Below are positions 27,671-40,210 of a DNA stretch of 64,000 nucleotides, piece after piece (within the stretch, counting starts at the first letter, position 1; every line of letters begins with the position of its first letter). The notes beneath the pieces are model-generated. The model was not told where the DNA came from. It saw only the letters and a program-made list of their open reading frames with translations, and did not search any database. This stretch comes from an uncultured Eubacteriales bacterium (lineage in GTDB: Bacteria; Bacillota; Clostridia; Oscillospirales; UBA644). The stretch spans positions 156,780-220,779 of the forward strand of contig CAKSBH010000002.1 in assembly GCA_934438175.1 (NCBI GenBank), written 5' to 3'. The translations under genes and the position numbers were made by a program.

Positions 27671-27835
27671 TTAATCCCATGCGGAGGTATCGGCTCCGTA
27701 CGGGGAGGGATATTCCGACGTGTTTTCGATCCGGAGCGGCTGGGACGGGTCGGTGACCATACGCATGGGATGGCGGGGCACATCGTAGTGAAACGGATAT
27801 GTGGTGCGGGTGGTTTGCTCGGTTTTTGTTTTCAT
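27671..27835 (-). CDS. unannotated small ORF, 54 aa, between glnN and asnB
   Basis: Hand translation: MKTKTEQTTRTTYPFHYDVPRHPMRMVTDPSQPLRIENTSEYPSPYGADTSAWD. AAAGGAG SD 8 nt upstream, starting 3 nt after the glnN stop. GC-rich third positions like neighbouring genes. Below the 60-aa cutoff of the ORF track. Confidence 0.55.
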   Translation of the reverse strand: MKTKTEQTTRTTYPFHYDVPRHPMRMVTDPSQPLRIENTSEYPSPYGADTSAWD

Positions 27836-27853
27836 AACGGAATCTCCTTTTTT

Positions 27854-29950
<2,097 letters not shown>

Positions 29951-29967
29951 ACCGAAATCCTCCTTAC

Positions 29968-30008
29968 AAAATAAAAAAGGCAATGCGTCCTGCGGGACGT
30001 CATTGCCT
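29968..30008 (-). terminator. leader terminator T2 (glnN operon)
   Basis: RNA AGGCAAUGaCGUCC-CGCA-GGACGCAUUGCCU followed by UUUUUUAUUUU. Lies between the promoter and the glnN SD. Confidence 0.8.
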
Positions 30009-30064
30009 CGGTTTTCATAAAAAAAGGCGTCTGAGAGCCAAAACTCAAAGACGCCATTGCCTTT
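29993..30064 (-). promoter_or_regulatory. two ANTAR-type hexaloop hairpins (H1, H2), candidate antiterminator elements
   Basis: H1 AAAGGC[AAUGGC]GUCUUU (30064..30047). H2 CGaGGC[AAUGAC]GUCcCG (30010..29993). Loops have A1 and G4. Each competes with the 5' arm of T1 or T2. Confidence 0.6.
30019..30055 (-). terminator. leader terminator T1 (glnN operon)
   Basis: RNA GGCGUCU..GAG-UUUUGG-CUC..AGACGCC followed by U7. Confidence 0.75.
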
Positions 30065-30073
30065 ATGAGTGCT

Positions 30074-30102
30074 ATTATACAGGATGGAAACGGATTTGTC
30101 AA
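30074..30102 (-). promoter_or_regulatory. sigma-A promoter of glnN-sORF-asnB
   Basis: Minus strand TTGACA (30102..30097), 17-nt spacer, TATAAT (30079..30074). Confidence 0.7.
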
Positions 30103-30156
30103 GGGCTCTTCCGCAATTTTTTTGTTGCAAAAAAAGGATTTCCTTTTTCTTTTTTC

Positions 30157-30186
30157 TTGACAAGCGCGGGGAGATTGTGTTATAAT
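30157..30186 (+). promoter_or_regulatory. sigma-A promoter of the glutamate synthase-glnA-ANTAR operon
   Basis: TTGACA (30157-30162), 18-nt spacer, TATAAT (30181-30186). Confidence 0.65.
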
Positions 30187-30196
30187 GCTTGCCATA

Positions 30197-30214
30197 ATGA
30201 GCAAAGACGTTCAT
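30197..30214 (+). promoter_or_regulatory. ANTAR-type hexaloop hairpin H3
   Basis: AUGAGC[AAAGAC]GUUCAU. 6-bp stem, loop with A1 and G4. Overlaps the 5' arm of T3. Confidence 0.6.
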
Positions 30215-30253
30215 TCCGACGGGTTTTTTCCTGTTTGAATGGGCGTCTTTTTC
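30203..30253 (+). terminator. leader terminator T3
   Basis: AAAGACGUUCAUUC (30203-30216) pairs over 14 positions with GAAUGGGCGUCUUU (30237-30250), followed by UUUUUCUAUU. Confidence 0.8.
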
Positions 30254-30282
30254 TATTCTCGGAAAAGGACGGAAAGCAGACG

Positions 30283-31374
30283 ATGAAATGGGAAGGCGAA
30301 ATTCGTATCCCCTCCGGATGTGCGGTTGCGGCGGTGATCTCCCGGGACGGACGGCGGATGACGGGGGAGACGGTGATGCGGGGAATGTTGCCCATGCACG
30401 ACCGCTCCAATGGATTGGGCGGCGGCTTTGCGGCATACGGAATCTATCCGGAGTATCGGGATTTTTATGCGCTGCATCTCTTTTTTACCGACCGGGAAGC
30501 GCGGCATACCTGTGAAGAACTTCTGAAAGACCGGTTTGAAATTGTGAAGGATGAGCGGATTCCAATCTGCCGTATTCCGGAAATTACGGACGTTCCGTTG
30601 ATCCGCCGGTATTTTGTGGCGCCGCTGGCCTCCGTGCTGATGCGGCTTCAGTTGGACGAGAAGGAATATGTGGTGCGGACGGTGACGGAGATTAACACGA
30701 AGATCCGGGGGGCGTATGTGTTTTCCAGCGGGAAGAATATGGGAACCTTCAAGGCGGTGGGCTTTCCGGAGGATGTGGGAAGGTTTTACCGGCTGGAGGA
30801 ATATGCGGGATATCTCTGGACGGCGCACGGGCGGTATCCCACCAATACGCCGGGCTGGTGGGGCGGAGCCCATCCGTTTTCGTTGCTGGACACCTCGGTG
30901 GTTCACAACGGTGAGATTTCTTCTTACGACGCCAACCGCCGCTGTATGGAGATGTTCGGCTATTCCTGTACGCTGCAGACCGACACGGAGGTTATTGCTT
31001 ATATTGCCGATTACCTTCTGCGCCGGCAGGGGTTGACGCTTCGGGAGATGGCATCGGTCATTGCAGCGCCGTTCTGGAGTACCATCCGCACCCGTCCTCC
31101 GAAGGAGGCGGAGGAACTGTGCTATCTGCGGCAGATGTTTCCCGGTCTTCTGATTACCGGTCCGTTTTCGGTCATCTTCGGATTTACCGGCGGGCTGATG
31201 GCACTGAACGACCGGCTGAAGCTGCGTTCGATGGTAACGGCGGAAAAGGGTGATCTTGTATATTTTGCCAGTGAAGAGGCCGCGATTCGGGCAATGGAGC
31301 CGGCGGCGGAAAATCTGTATGCCCCGATGGGCGGTGAACCGGTTGTGGTTCGGGTAAAGGAGGGGTGCTTCTGA
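30283..31374 (+). CDS. class-II glutamine amidotransferase (glutamate synthase N-terminal domain homologue, stand-alone)
   Basis: ATG 30283 ([18 protein letters not shown]...). Gn_AT_II-type sequence ([18 protein letters not shown]). First gene of a split glutamate synthase set. Confidence 0.8.
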   Translation: MKWEGEIRIPSGCAVAAVISRDGRRMTGETVMRGMLPMHDRSNGLGGGFAAYGIYPEYRDFYALHLFFTDREARHTCEELLKDRFEIVKDERIPICRIPEITDVPLIRRYFVAPLASVLMRLQLDEKEYVVRTVTEINTKIRGAYVFSSGKNMGTFKAVGFPEDVGRFYRLEEYAGYLWTAHGRYPTNTPGWWGGAHPFSLLDTSVVHNGEISSYDANRRCMEMFGYSCTLQTDTEVIAYIADYLLRRQGLTLREMASVIAAPFWSTIRTRPPKEAEELCYLRQMFPGLLITGPFSVIFGFTGGLMALNDRLKLRSMVTAEKGDLVYFASEEAAIRAMEPAAENLYAPMGGEPVVVRVKEGCF

Positions 31375-32879
31375 TGGAGCGTTCGTTTTTGCTTCCGGAA
31401 TTCGACGTGATACGGAATCCGGAGCGATGTGTGAACTGCCGGGTCTGTGAGCGGCAATGCTCGCACGGTGTCCATGTGTTTGACCCGAAAACAAAGACCA
31501 TGGTCAGTGACGAGGCGCGCTGTGTGGACTGCCAGCGCTGTGCGGTGTATTGTCCGACACGGGCTCTGAAGATTGTGCGGAACGGCGCTGCTCTGCGCCC
31601 AAACGCCAACTGGAGCGGTGCAACGGTGCAGGAAATCTACCGGCAGGCAGCCAGCGGAGGTGTGTTGCTTTCTTCCATGGGAAATCCGCAACCTCTTCCC
31701 GGATATTGGGAACGGATGCTGATCAACTCCTCACAGGTGACCAACCCGCCGATCGACCCCTTGCGGGAACCGATGGAAACGAAGGTGTTTCTGGGCAGTA
31801 AGCCGGCTTCGGTCTGCCGCGGTGAGGACGGGCGGCTGAAGACGGAGCTGCCGCCGCGGCTTGCGCTTTCCATGCCGGTGATGTTTTCCGCCATGAGCTA
31901 TGGATCGGTCAGTTATCGTGTTCATGCGTGTCTTGCCCGCGCGGCAAGACGGCTTGGAACCTTCTACAATACCGGGGAGGGCGGACTGCATGAGGATTTC
32001 TTCCCTTACGGGGATTGTACGGTGGTACAGGTGGCTTCCGGGCGGTTCGGCGTTCATGCCGGATATCTCCGTGCGGGTGCGGCGGTCGAGATCAAAATGG
32101 GGCAGGGTGCCAAGCCGGGAATCGGCGGACATCTGCCGGGAACAAAGATTGTGGGGGACGTTTCCCGGACGCGGATGATTCCGGAGGGCGCCGATGCCAT
32201 TTCTCCGGCACCGCATCACGATATCTATTCCATTGAGGATCTGCGCCAGCTGGTGTATTCCATCAAGGAAGCCACGCAGTATCGCAAGCCGGTTCTGGTC
32301 AAGGTCGCAGCGGTTCACAACATCGCCGCCATCGGTTCGGGCATTGCGCGGAGCGGGGCTGACATTCTTGTGATTGACGGCTTCCGGGGCGGAACGGGAG
32401 CGGCACCGACCCGGATCCGGGATCATGTGGGAATTCCGGTGGAGCTGGCACTTGCCGCCGTGGATACCCGTTTGCGGGAGGAAGGAATCCGGGAAAGAAT
32501 CTCTCTTGTGGCGGGAGGAAGCATTCGGTCTTCCGCCGATGTGGTGAAGGCCATCGCGCTCGGTGCCGATTGCTGCTATGTGGCAACGGCAGCGCTGCTG
32601 GCTCTCGGCTGTCATCTGTGCCGGAATTGCTCCGACGGGCAGTGTGCGTGGGGAATTGCCACCCAGCGGCCGGAACTGGTCGACCGCCTGGATATTGAAG
32701 AGGGAGCGGAGCGGTTGGTGAATCTGATGACCGCATGGCGGCATGAAATCAAGGAAATGATGGGCGGAATGGGCATCAATTCCATTGAGGCACTGCGGGG
32801 AAACCGGCGGATGCTGCGCGGCGTGGGCATGACGGAAAAGGAACTGGAGATTCTCGGAATTGCCCATGCCGGCGAGTAG
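31374..32879 (+). CDS. glutamate synthase FMN-binding domain protein fused to 2x[4Fe-4S] ferredoxin domain
   Basis: ATG 31374 overlaps the upstream stop; AAGGAGG lies 11 nt upstream. CVNCRVCERQC and CVDCQRCAVYCP clusters. GltB central-domain motif GQGAKPGIGGHLPG. Confidence 0.88.
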   Translation: MERSFLLPEFDVIRNPERCVNCRVCERQCSHGVHVFDPKTKTMVSDEARCVDCQRCAVYCPTRALKIVRNGAALRPNANWSGATVQEIYRQAASGGVLLSSMGNPQPLPGYWERMLINSSQVTNPPIDPLREPMETKVFLGSKPASVCRGEDGRLKTELPPRLALSMPVMFSAMSYGSVSYRVHACLARAARRLGTFYNTGEGGLHEDFFPYGDCTVVQVASGRFGVHAGYLRAGAAVEIKMGQGAKPGIGGHLPGTKIVGDVSRTRMIPEGADAISPAPHHDIYSIEDLRQLVYSIKEATQYRKPVLVKVAAVHNIAAIGSGIARSGADILVIDGFRGGTGAAPTRIRDHVGIPVELALAAVDTRLREEGIRERISLVAGGSIRSSADVVKAIALGADCCYVATAALLALGCHLCRNCSDGQCAWGIATQRPELVDRLDIEEGAERLVNLMTAWRHEIKEMMGGMGINSIEALRGNRRMLRGVGMTEKELEILGIAHAGE

Positions 32880-32981
32880 CGCAGCCGGAGGACTTTGGGC
32901 GTGCCGGAAAATTTTTTCAGATTTATCCTGTTTTTTATTCAAAATCCTATGGAAAAATGTCGGGGGATGTGATATAATACA

Positions 32982-33704
32982 ATGTCGTGGATTGACGCAA
33001 GCGGAATGGACTTTTCCGCTTTGAACGAAGCAATCCGGAATGCCGGAAACAACTGCCGGATCCGCAACTGTCTGGGGCAACGGTTTCTTGCCGCAGGGAA
33101 GGAATCCGGGTCTGTACAGATTGAAGGAATTCCGGGGAATGCGCTCGGCGCTTATCTGGAAGGCGCGGACCTGACGGTATACGGCAATGCGCAGGATGCG
33201 GTGGGAGACACCATGAACGCCGGCTCGATTACGGTGTACGGAAGCGTCGGGGATGCCGTCGGTTATGCCATGCGCGGCGGCGAGATCCTGATTCGGGACA
33301 ATGCCGGATATCGTGCGGGCATTCACATGAAGGAATACCGCGGGAAGAAACCGGTTCTCGTCATCGGAGGAAGAACAGGGAGTTTTCTCGGCGAATATCA
33401 GGCAGGGGGGCTGATTCTGGTTCTTGCCCTGCACCGGGACGGACGTCCCTCCGTAGGCAATTTTCCGGGAACGGGGATGCATGGCGGAAAAATGATGCTG
33501 CGCGGAGACGTGTCCGGGATCCGTTTTCCGGAACAGACCGTCCGCCGGGAGGCGACGGCGGAGGATTTGGCGGAGGCAGAGCCGTATCTGCGGCGGTATG
33601 CGGAGCGGTGCGGTGCGGATGCGGAGTTTCTGCTTCGTTCTTCCTATACTGTGGTCACGCCGGGCGGAGCCAATCCGTATCGGCAGATGTATGTATCAAA
33701 TTAA
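32982..33704 (+). CDS. GXGXG-motif protein (glutamate synthase alpha-subunit C-terminal domain homologue)
   Basis: 240 aa. Repeated G-x-G beta-helix motif (YGNAQDAVGDTMNAGSITVYGSVGDAVGYAMRGGEILIRDNAGYRAG). No SD in front of the ATG. Confidence 0.85.
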   Translation: MSWIDASGMDFSALNEAIRNAGNNCRIRNCLGQRFLAAGKESGSVQIEGIPGNALGAYLEGADLTVYGNAQDAVGDTMNAGSITVYGSVGDAVGYAMRGGEILIRDNAGYRAGIHMKEYRGKKPVLVIGGRTGSFLGEYQAGGLILVLALHRDGRPSVGNFPGTGMHGGKMMLRGDVSGIRFPEQTVRREATAEDLAEAEPYLRRYAERCGADAEFLLRSSYTVVTPGGANPYRQMYVSN

Positions 33705-33723
33705 GAAAGGCGGGGTTGCGCGG

Positions 33724-34941
33724 ATGCGATATTCAAAAGAAGAAATCCGGCAGTATGTGGCGGAGGAGGACGTCAAGTTTATCCGCATGGCGTTCTGCGA
33801 TGTATACGGCAGACCGAAAAATATCTCCGTGATGCCGGAAGAGCTGGAGCGTGCCTTCTCCTACGGCATTGCCATTGATGCGTCCGCCATTGCGGGATTC
33901 GGCGGAGAGATTCACTCGGACCTGCTTCTTCATCCGGATCCCTCGTCCCTGTCGCTTCTTCCGTGGAGACCGGAGCACGGGCGTGTGGTGCGGATGTTCT
34001 GCCGTGTGTCGTATCCCGACGGAACGCCGATGGAAGCCGATGCGCGCACGCTGCTTTGCCGTGCCGTTGCGGAGGCGGAGAAGGAGGGGCTTTCGTTTGC
34101 GTTCGGTTCGGAGATGGAATTTTATCTGTTTTGCCGTGACGAGAACGGCGAACCTACCCGGATTCCGTACGATCGTGCCGGCTATATGGACATGGCACCG
34201 GAGGACAAGGGGGAAAACGTGCGCCGGGAAATCTGCCTGACGCTGGAGCAGATGGGAATCCGTCCGGAGAGCTCGCATCACGAGGAGGGCCCGGGACAGA
34301 ACGAGATTGATTTCCGGTATTCCGACCCGCTGGAGGCGGCGGATCATGCCGTGACGTTCCGCTCGGCGGTGCATACGATTGCGGCACGCAACGGGCTTTA
34401 TGCGGATTTTTCGCCGAAGCCGCTTCCGCATCAGCCCGGAAACGGGATGCACATCAACCTGTCGGTCCGGTCCGCGGACGGACGGGAGGTCATGCCGCAG
34501 GTTCTGGCGGGCATTCTGAAGCATATCCGGGAAATGACCGTATTTCTGAACACAACCGAAGATTCGTACCGCCGGTTCGGAAGCAACAAGGCGCCGGGCT
34601 ATGTGTCCTGGTCGAGCGAAAACCGTTCGCAGCTGATCCGCATTCCGGCAGCCGAGGGGGAATACCGCCGCGCGGAGCTGCGTTCTCCCGACCCGCTGTG
34701 CAATCCGTATCTGGCGTTTGCCCTGCTGATCTATGCCGGGTTGGACGGCGTCCGGAGCGGAGCGGAACTTCCGCCCGCAGTGGATCTGAATCTGTATACG
34801 GCACCGGAATCGGTGCGGAAGATGTATCCGGCGCTTCCCCGGACGTTGGCGGAGGCACGGAAAACGGCGGCGGAAAGTGATTTTATCGGCTCGGTTCTGC
34901 CGCAGGCCATTCTCCGTCCGTATCTGGAAACGGAAAACTGA
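33724..34941 (+). CDS. glnA: glutamine synthetase type I (short, 405 aa)
   Basis: ATG 33724 (MRYSKEEIRQYVAEEDVKFIRMAFCDVYG...). GS beta-grasp and catalytic domain motifs (GSEMEFYLF, NGMHINLS). Confidence 0.88.
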   Translation: MRYSKEEIRQYVAEEDVKFIRMAFCDVYGRPKNISVMPEELERAFSYGIAIDASAIAGFGGEIHSDLLLHPDPSSLSLLPWRPEHGRVVRMFCRVSYPDGTPMEADARTLLCRAVAEAEKEGLSFAFGSEMEFYLFCRDENGEPTRIPYDRAGYMDMAPEDKGENVRREICLTLEQMGIRPESSHHEEGPGQNEIDFRYSDPLEAADHAVTFRSAVHTIAARNGLYADFSPKPLPHQPGNGMHINLSVRSADGREVMPQVLAGILKHIREMTVFLNTTEDSYRRFGSNKAPGYVSWSSENRSQLIRIPAAEGEYRRAELRSPDPLCNPYLAFALLIYAGLDGVRSGAELPPAVDLNLYTAPESVRKMYPALPRTLAEARKTAAESDFIGSVLPQAILRPYLETEN

Positions 34942-34977
34942 CTGGAACCGGGAAAACAAGCGGAAGGAGGGGCTTTT

Positions 34978-38632
<3,655 letters not shown>

Positions 38633-38648
38633 AGGACGGTAAAACACT

Positions 38649-39917
38649 ATGCTTACTGCGATTGTCGGTATCAACTGGGGCGATGAGGGAAAGGGCCGTA
38701 TGGTCGACCTTCTTTCTTCGGATTATGACATCATTTGCCGCTACCAGGGCGGAAACAATGCAGGCCACACGGTGGTCAACGAGAGGGGAAAATTCGTTCT
38801 GAATCTTCTTCCCTCCGGAATTCTGCGCGAGACCACGGTCAACGTCATGGGCAACGGCATGGTCATTGACATTGAGCATCTGGTAAACGAAAGCAAGAAA
38901 CTGACGGATCAGGGCATCCGCATCACGCCGGAAAATCTCAAGATCAGCGACCGCGCCATTGTCTGCCTGCCGTATCACCGGATGCAGGACATTATGGAGG
39001 AGGAGCGTCTTGCCGATAAGAAATACGGCTCTACCCGCCGCGGCATTGCTCCCGTTTATGCCGATAAATATATGAAAAAGGGCATCCGTACCGCCGATCT
39101 TCTTCATACGGATTCTTTGTATGAGAAGGTGCATGACATCGTGGAATGGAAAAACATCACCGTTACCGGTTACGGCCATGAGGCGCTTCGTGCAGACGAT
39201 GTGATGGACTGGCTGAAAACGTACGGCGCTCAGGTTGCTCCGTTTATTACGGATGTTTCCGAATATCTGTATCGTGCCGTGGATGAGGGCAAGAACATCA
39301 TGTTCGAGGCACAGCTCGGCGCTTTGCGTGATATCGATTTCGGCATCTATCCTTACACGTCCTCTTCGCAGACCCTGGCGGCATTCGGCCCCATCGGTGC
39401 CGGAATCCCCGGTGTGAAGCTGAATAAGACCATCGGAATCATGAAGGCCTATTCCACCTGTGTGGGCGAGGGTCCGTTCACGGCGGAAATGTTCGGGGAA
39501 GAAGCCGAGAAGCTGCGCGCCGCCGGCGGTGAGTACGGTGCCGCAACCGGAAGACCCCGCCGTGTGGGTCCGTTTGATGTGCCCGCGTCCCGTTACGGTG
39601 TGCGTGTGCAGGGAGCGGATACCATTGCCTTGACCAAACTGGACGTTCTCTCTTATCTGGATAAGATTCCGGTCTGCACGGCATACGAGGTGGACGGCGA
39701 GAAGACCACGGTGTTCCCCACGGGCGACCGTCTGAACCGCGCCAAACCGGTGATTGAGTATGTGGACGGTTTCGGAGATGTGTCCTCGTGCCGTCGTTAT
39801 GAAGATCTGCCCGATGCCGCCAAAGCGTATGTACGGTATCTGGAAGAGGCAGTCGGCTGCCGGATTGAATATGTTTCGGTCGGTGCCGGAAGAGAAGAAT
39901 ATATTCATATCGGCTGA
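38649..39917 (+). CDS. purA: adenylosuccinate synthase
   Basis: 422 aa. GDEGKGRMVD and GGNNAGHT motifs. Confidence 0.95.
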   Translation: MLTAIVGINWGDEGKGRMVDLLSSDYDIICRYQGGNNAGHTVVNERGKFVLNLLPSGILRETTVNVMGNGMVIDIEHLVNESKKLTDQGIRITPENLKISDRAIVCLPYHRMQDIMEEERLADKKYGSTRRGIAPVYADKYMKKGIRTADLLHTDSLYEKVHDIVEWKNITVTGYGHEALRADDVMDWLKTYGAQVAPFITDVSEYLYRAVDEGKNIMFEAQLGALRDIDFGIYPYTSSSQTLAAFGPIGAGIPGVKLNKTIGIMKAYSTCVGEGPFTAEMFGEEAEKLRAAGGEYGAATGRPRRVGPFDVPASRYGVRVQGADTIALTKLDVLSYLDKIPVCTAYEVDGEKTTVFPTGDRLNRAKPVIEYVDGFGDVSSCRRYEDLPDAAKAYVRYLEEAVGCRIEYVSVGAGREEYIHIG

Positions 39918-39963
39918 GTGATACGGAAAAGACGTTTTGGCTGAATCACAGGGACTTTTTCCG

Positions 39964-40001
39964 GGATCTCCCCCGTCCGTCGGACGGGGGAGATCCTTTT
40001 T
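39964..40001 (+). terminator. intrinsic terminator after purA
   Basis: GGATCTCCCCCGTC (39964-39977) / GACGGGGGAGATCC (39983-39996), then T5. Confidence 0.85.
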
Positions 40002-40059
40002 GCGGAAAGTCCCGTTTTTAGCAAAATGAGCAAAAAAACATAAAGAATACGCTTTTCTC

Positions 40060-40088
40060 TTGACGAAAACAAAAAAATGGAGTATAAT
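40060..40088 (+). promoter_or_regulatory. sigma-A promoter of the glycosyltransferase gene
   Basis: TTGACG (40060-40065), 17-nt spacer, TATAAT (40083-40088). The -10 sits in a 10-nt tandem duplication, GGAGTATAAT x2 (40079-40098). Confidence 0.55.
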
Positions 40089-40210
40089 GGAGTATAATAA
40101 GAACCACGCTGGGCAGGGAACAAGAAATTCAGGAGGCAGACGGAGCGGTTTCCGACTGCCCGCCGGACGATTTCCGGCATGAATGGAAAGTCAAGGAGAT
40201 TTTTAACAGT

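Noticed and set aside
26069-27835. Idea that the 54-aa sORF plus the AsnB homologue form a lasso-peptide/RiPP cluster, since lasso cyclases are Asn-synthetase homologues.
   Set aside because: The AsnB has an intact Ntn glutaminase (Cys2) and normal length. No leader peptidase or RRE (B protein) or exporter gene is present. The peptide has no Gly/Ala/Ser-start core with Asp/Glu at positions 7-9 after a Thr(-2) leader.
30075-30190. GlnR/TnrA operator (TGTNA-N7-TNACA) in the divergent nitrogen promoter region. A T7-GTTGC-A7 palindrome was also noted at ~30114-30135.
   Set aside because: No match to the TGTNAN7TNACA pattern was found by eye. The T7/A7 element is just an AT-rich hairpin with no supporting evidence for a binding protein.
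40090-40210. Possible c-di-GMP riboswitch upstream of the GT2 exopolysaccharide-type synthase.
   Set aside because: The leader shares only loose strings (CACGC..GGGCA..GACG) with GEMM-I. It lacks the GCAAA tetraloop-receptor and ACGCAAAGC elements. It is kept only as an unclassified structured leader.
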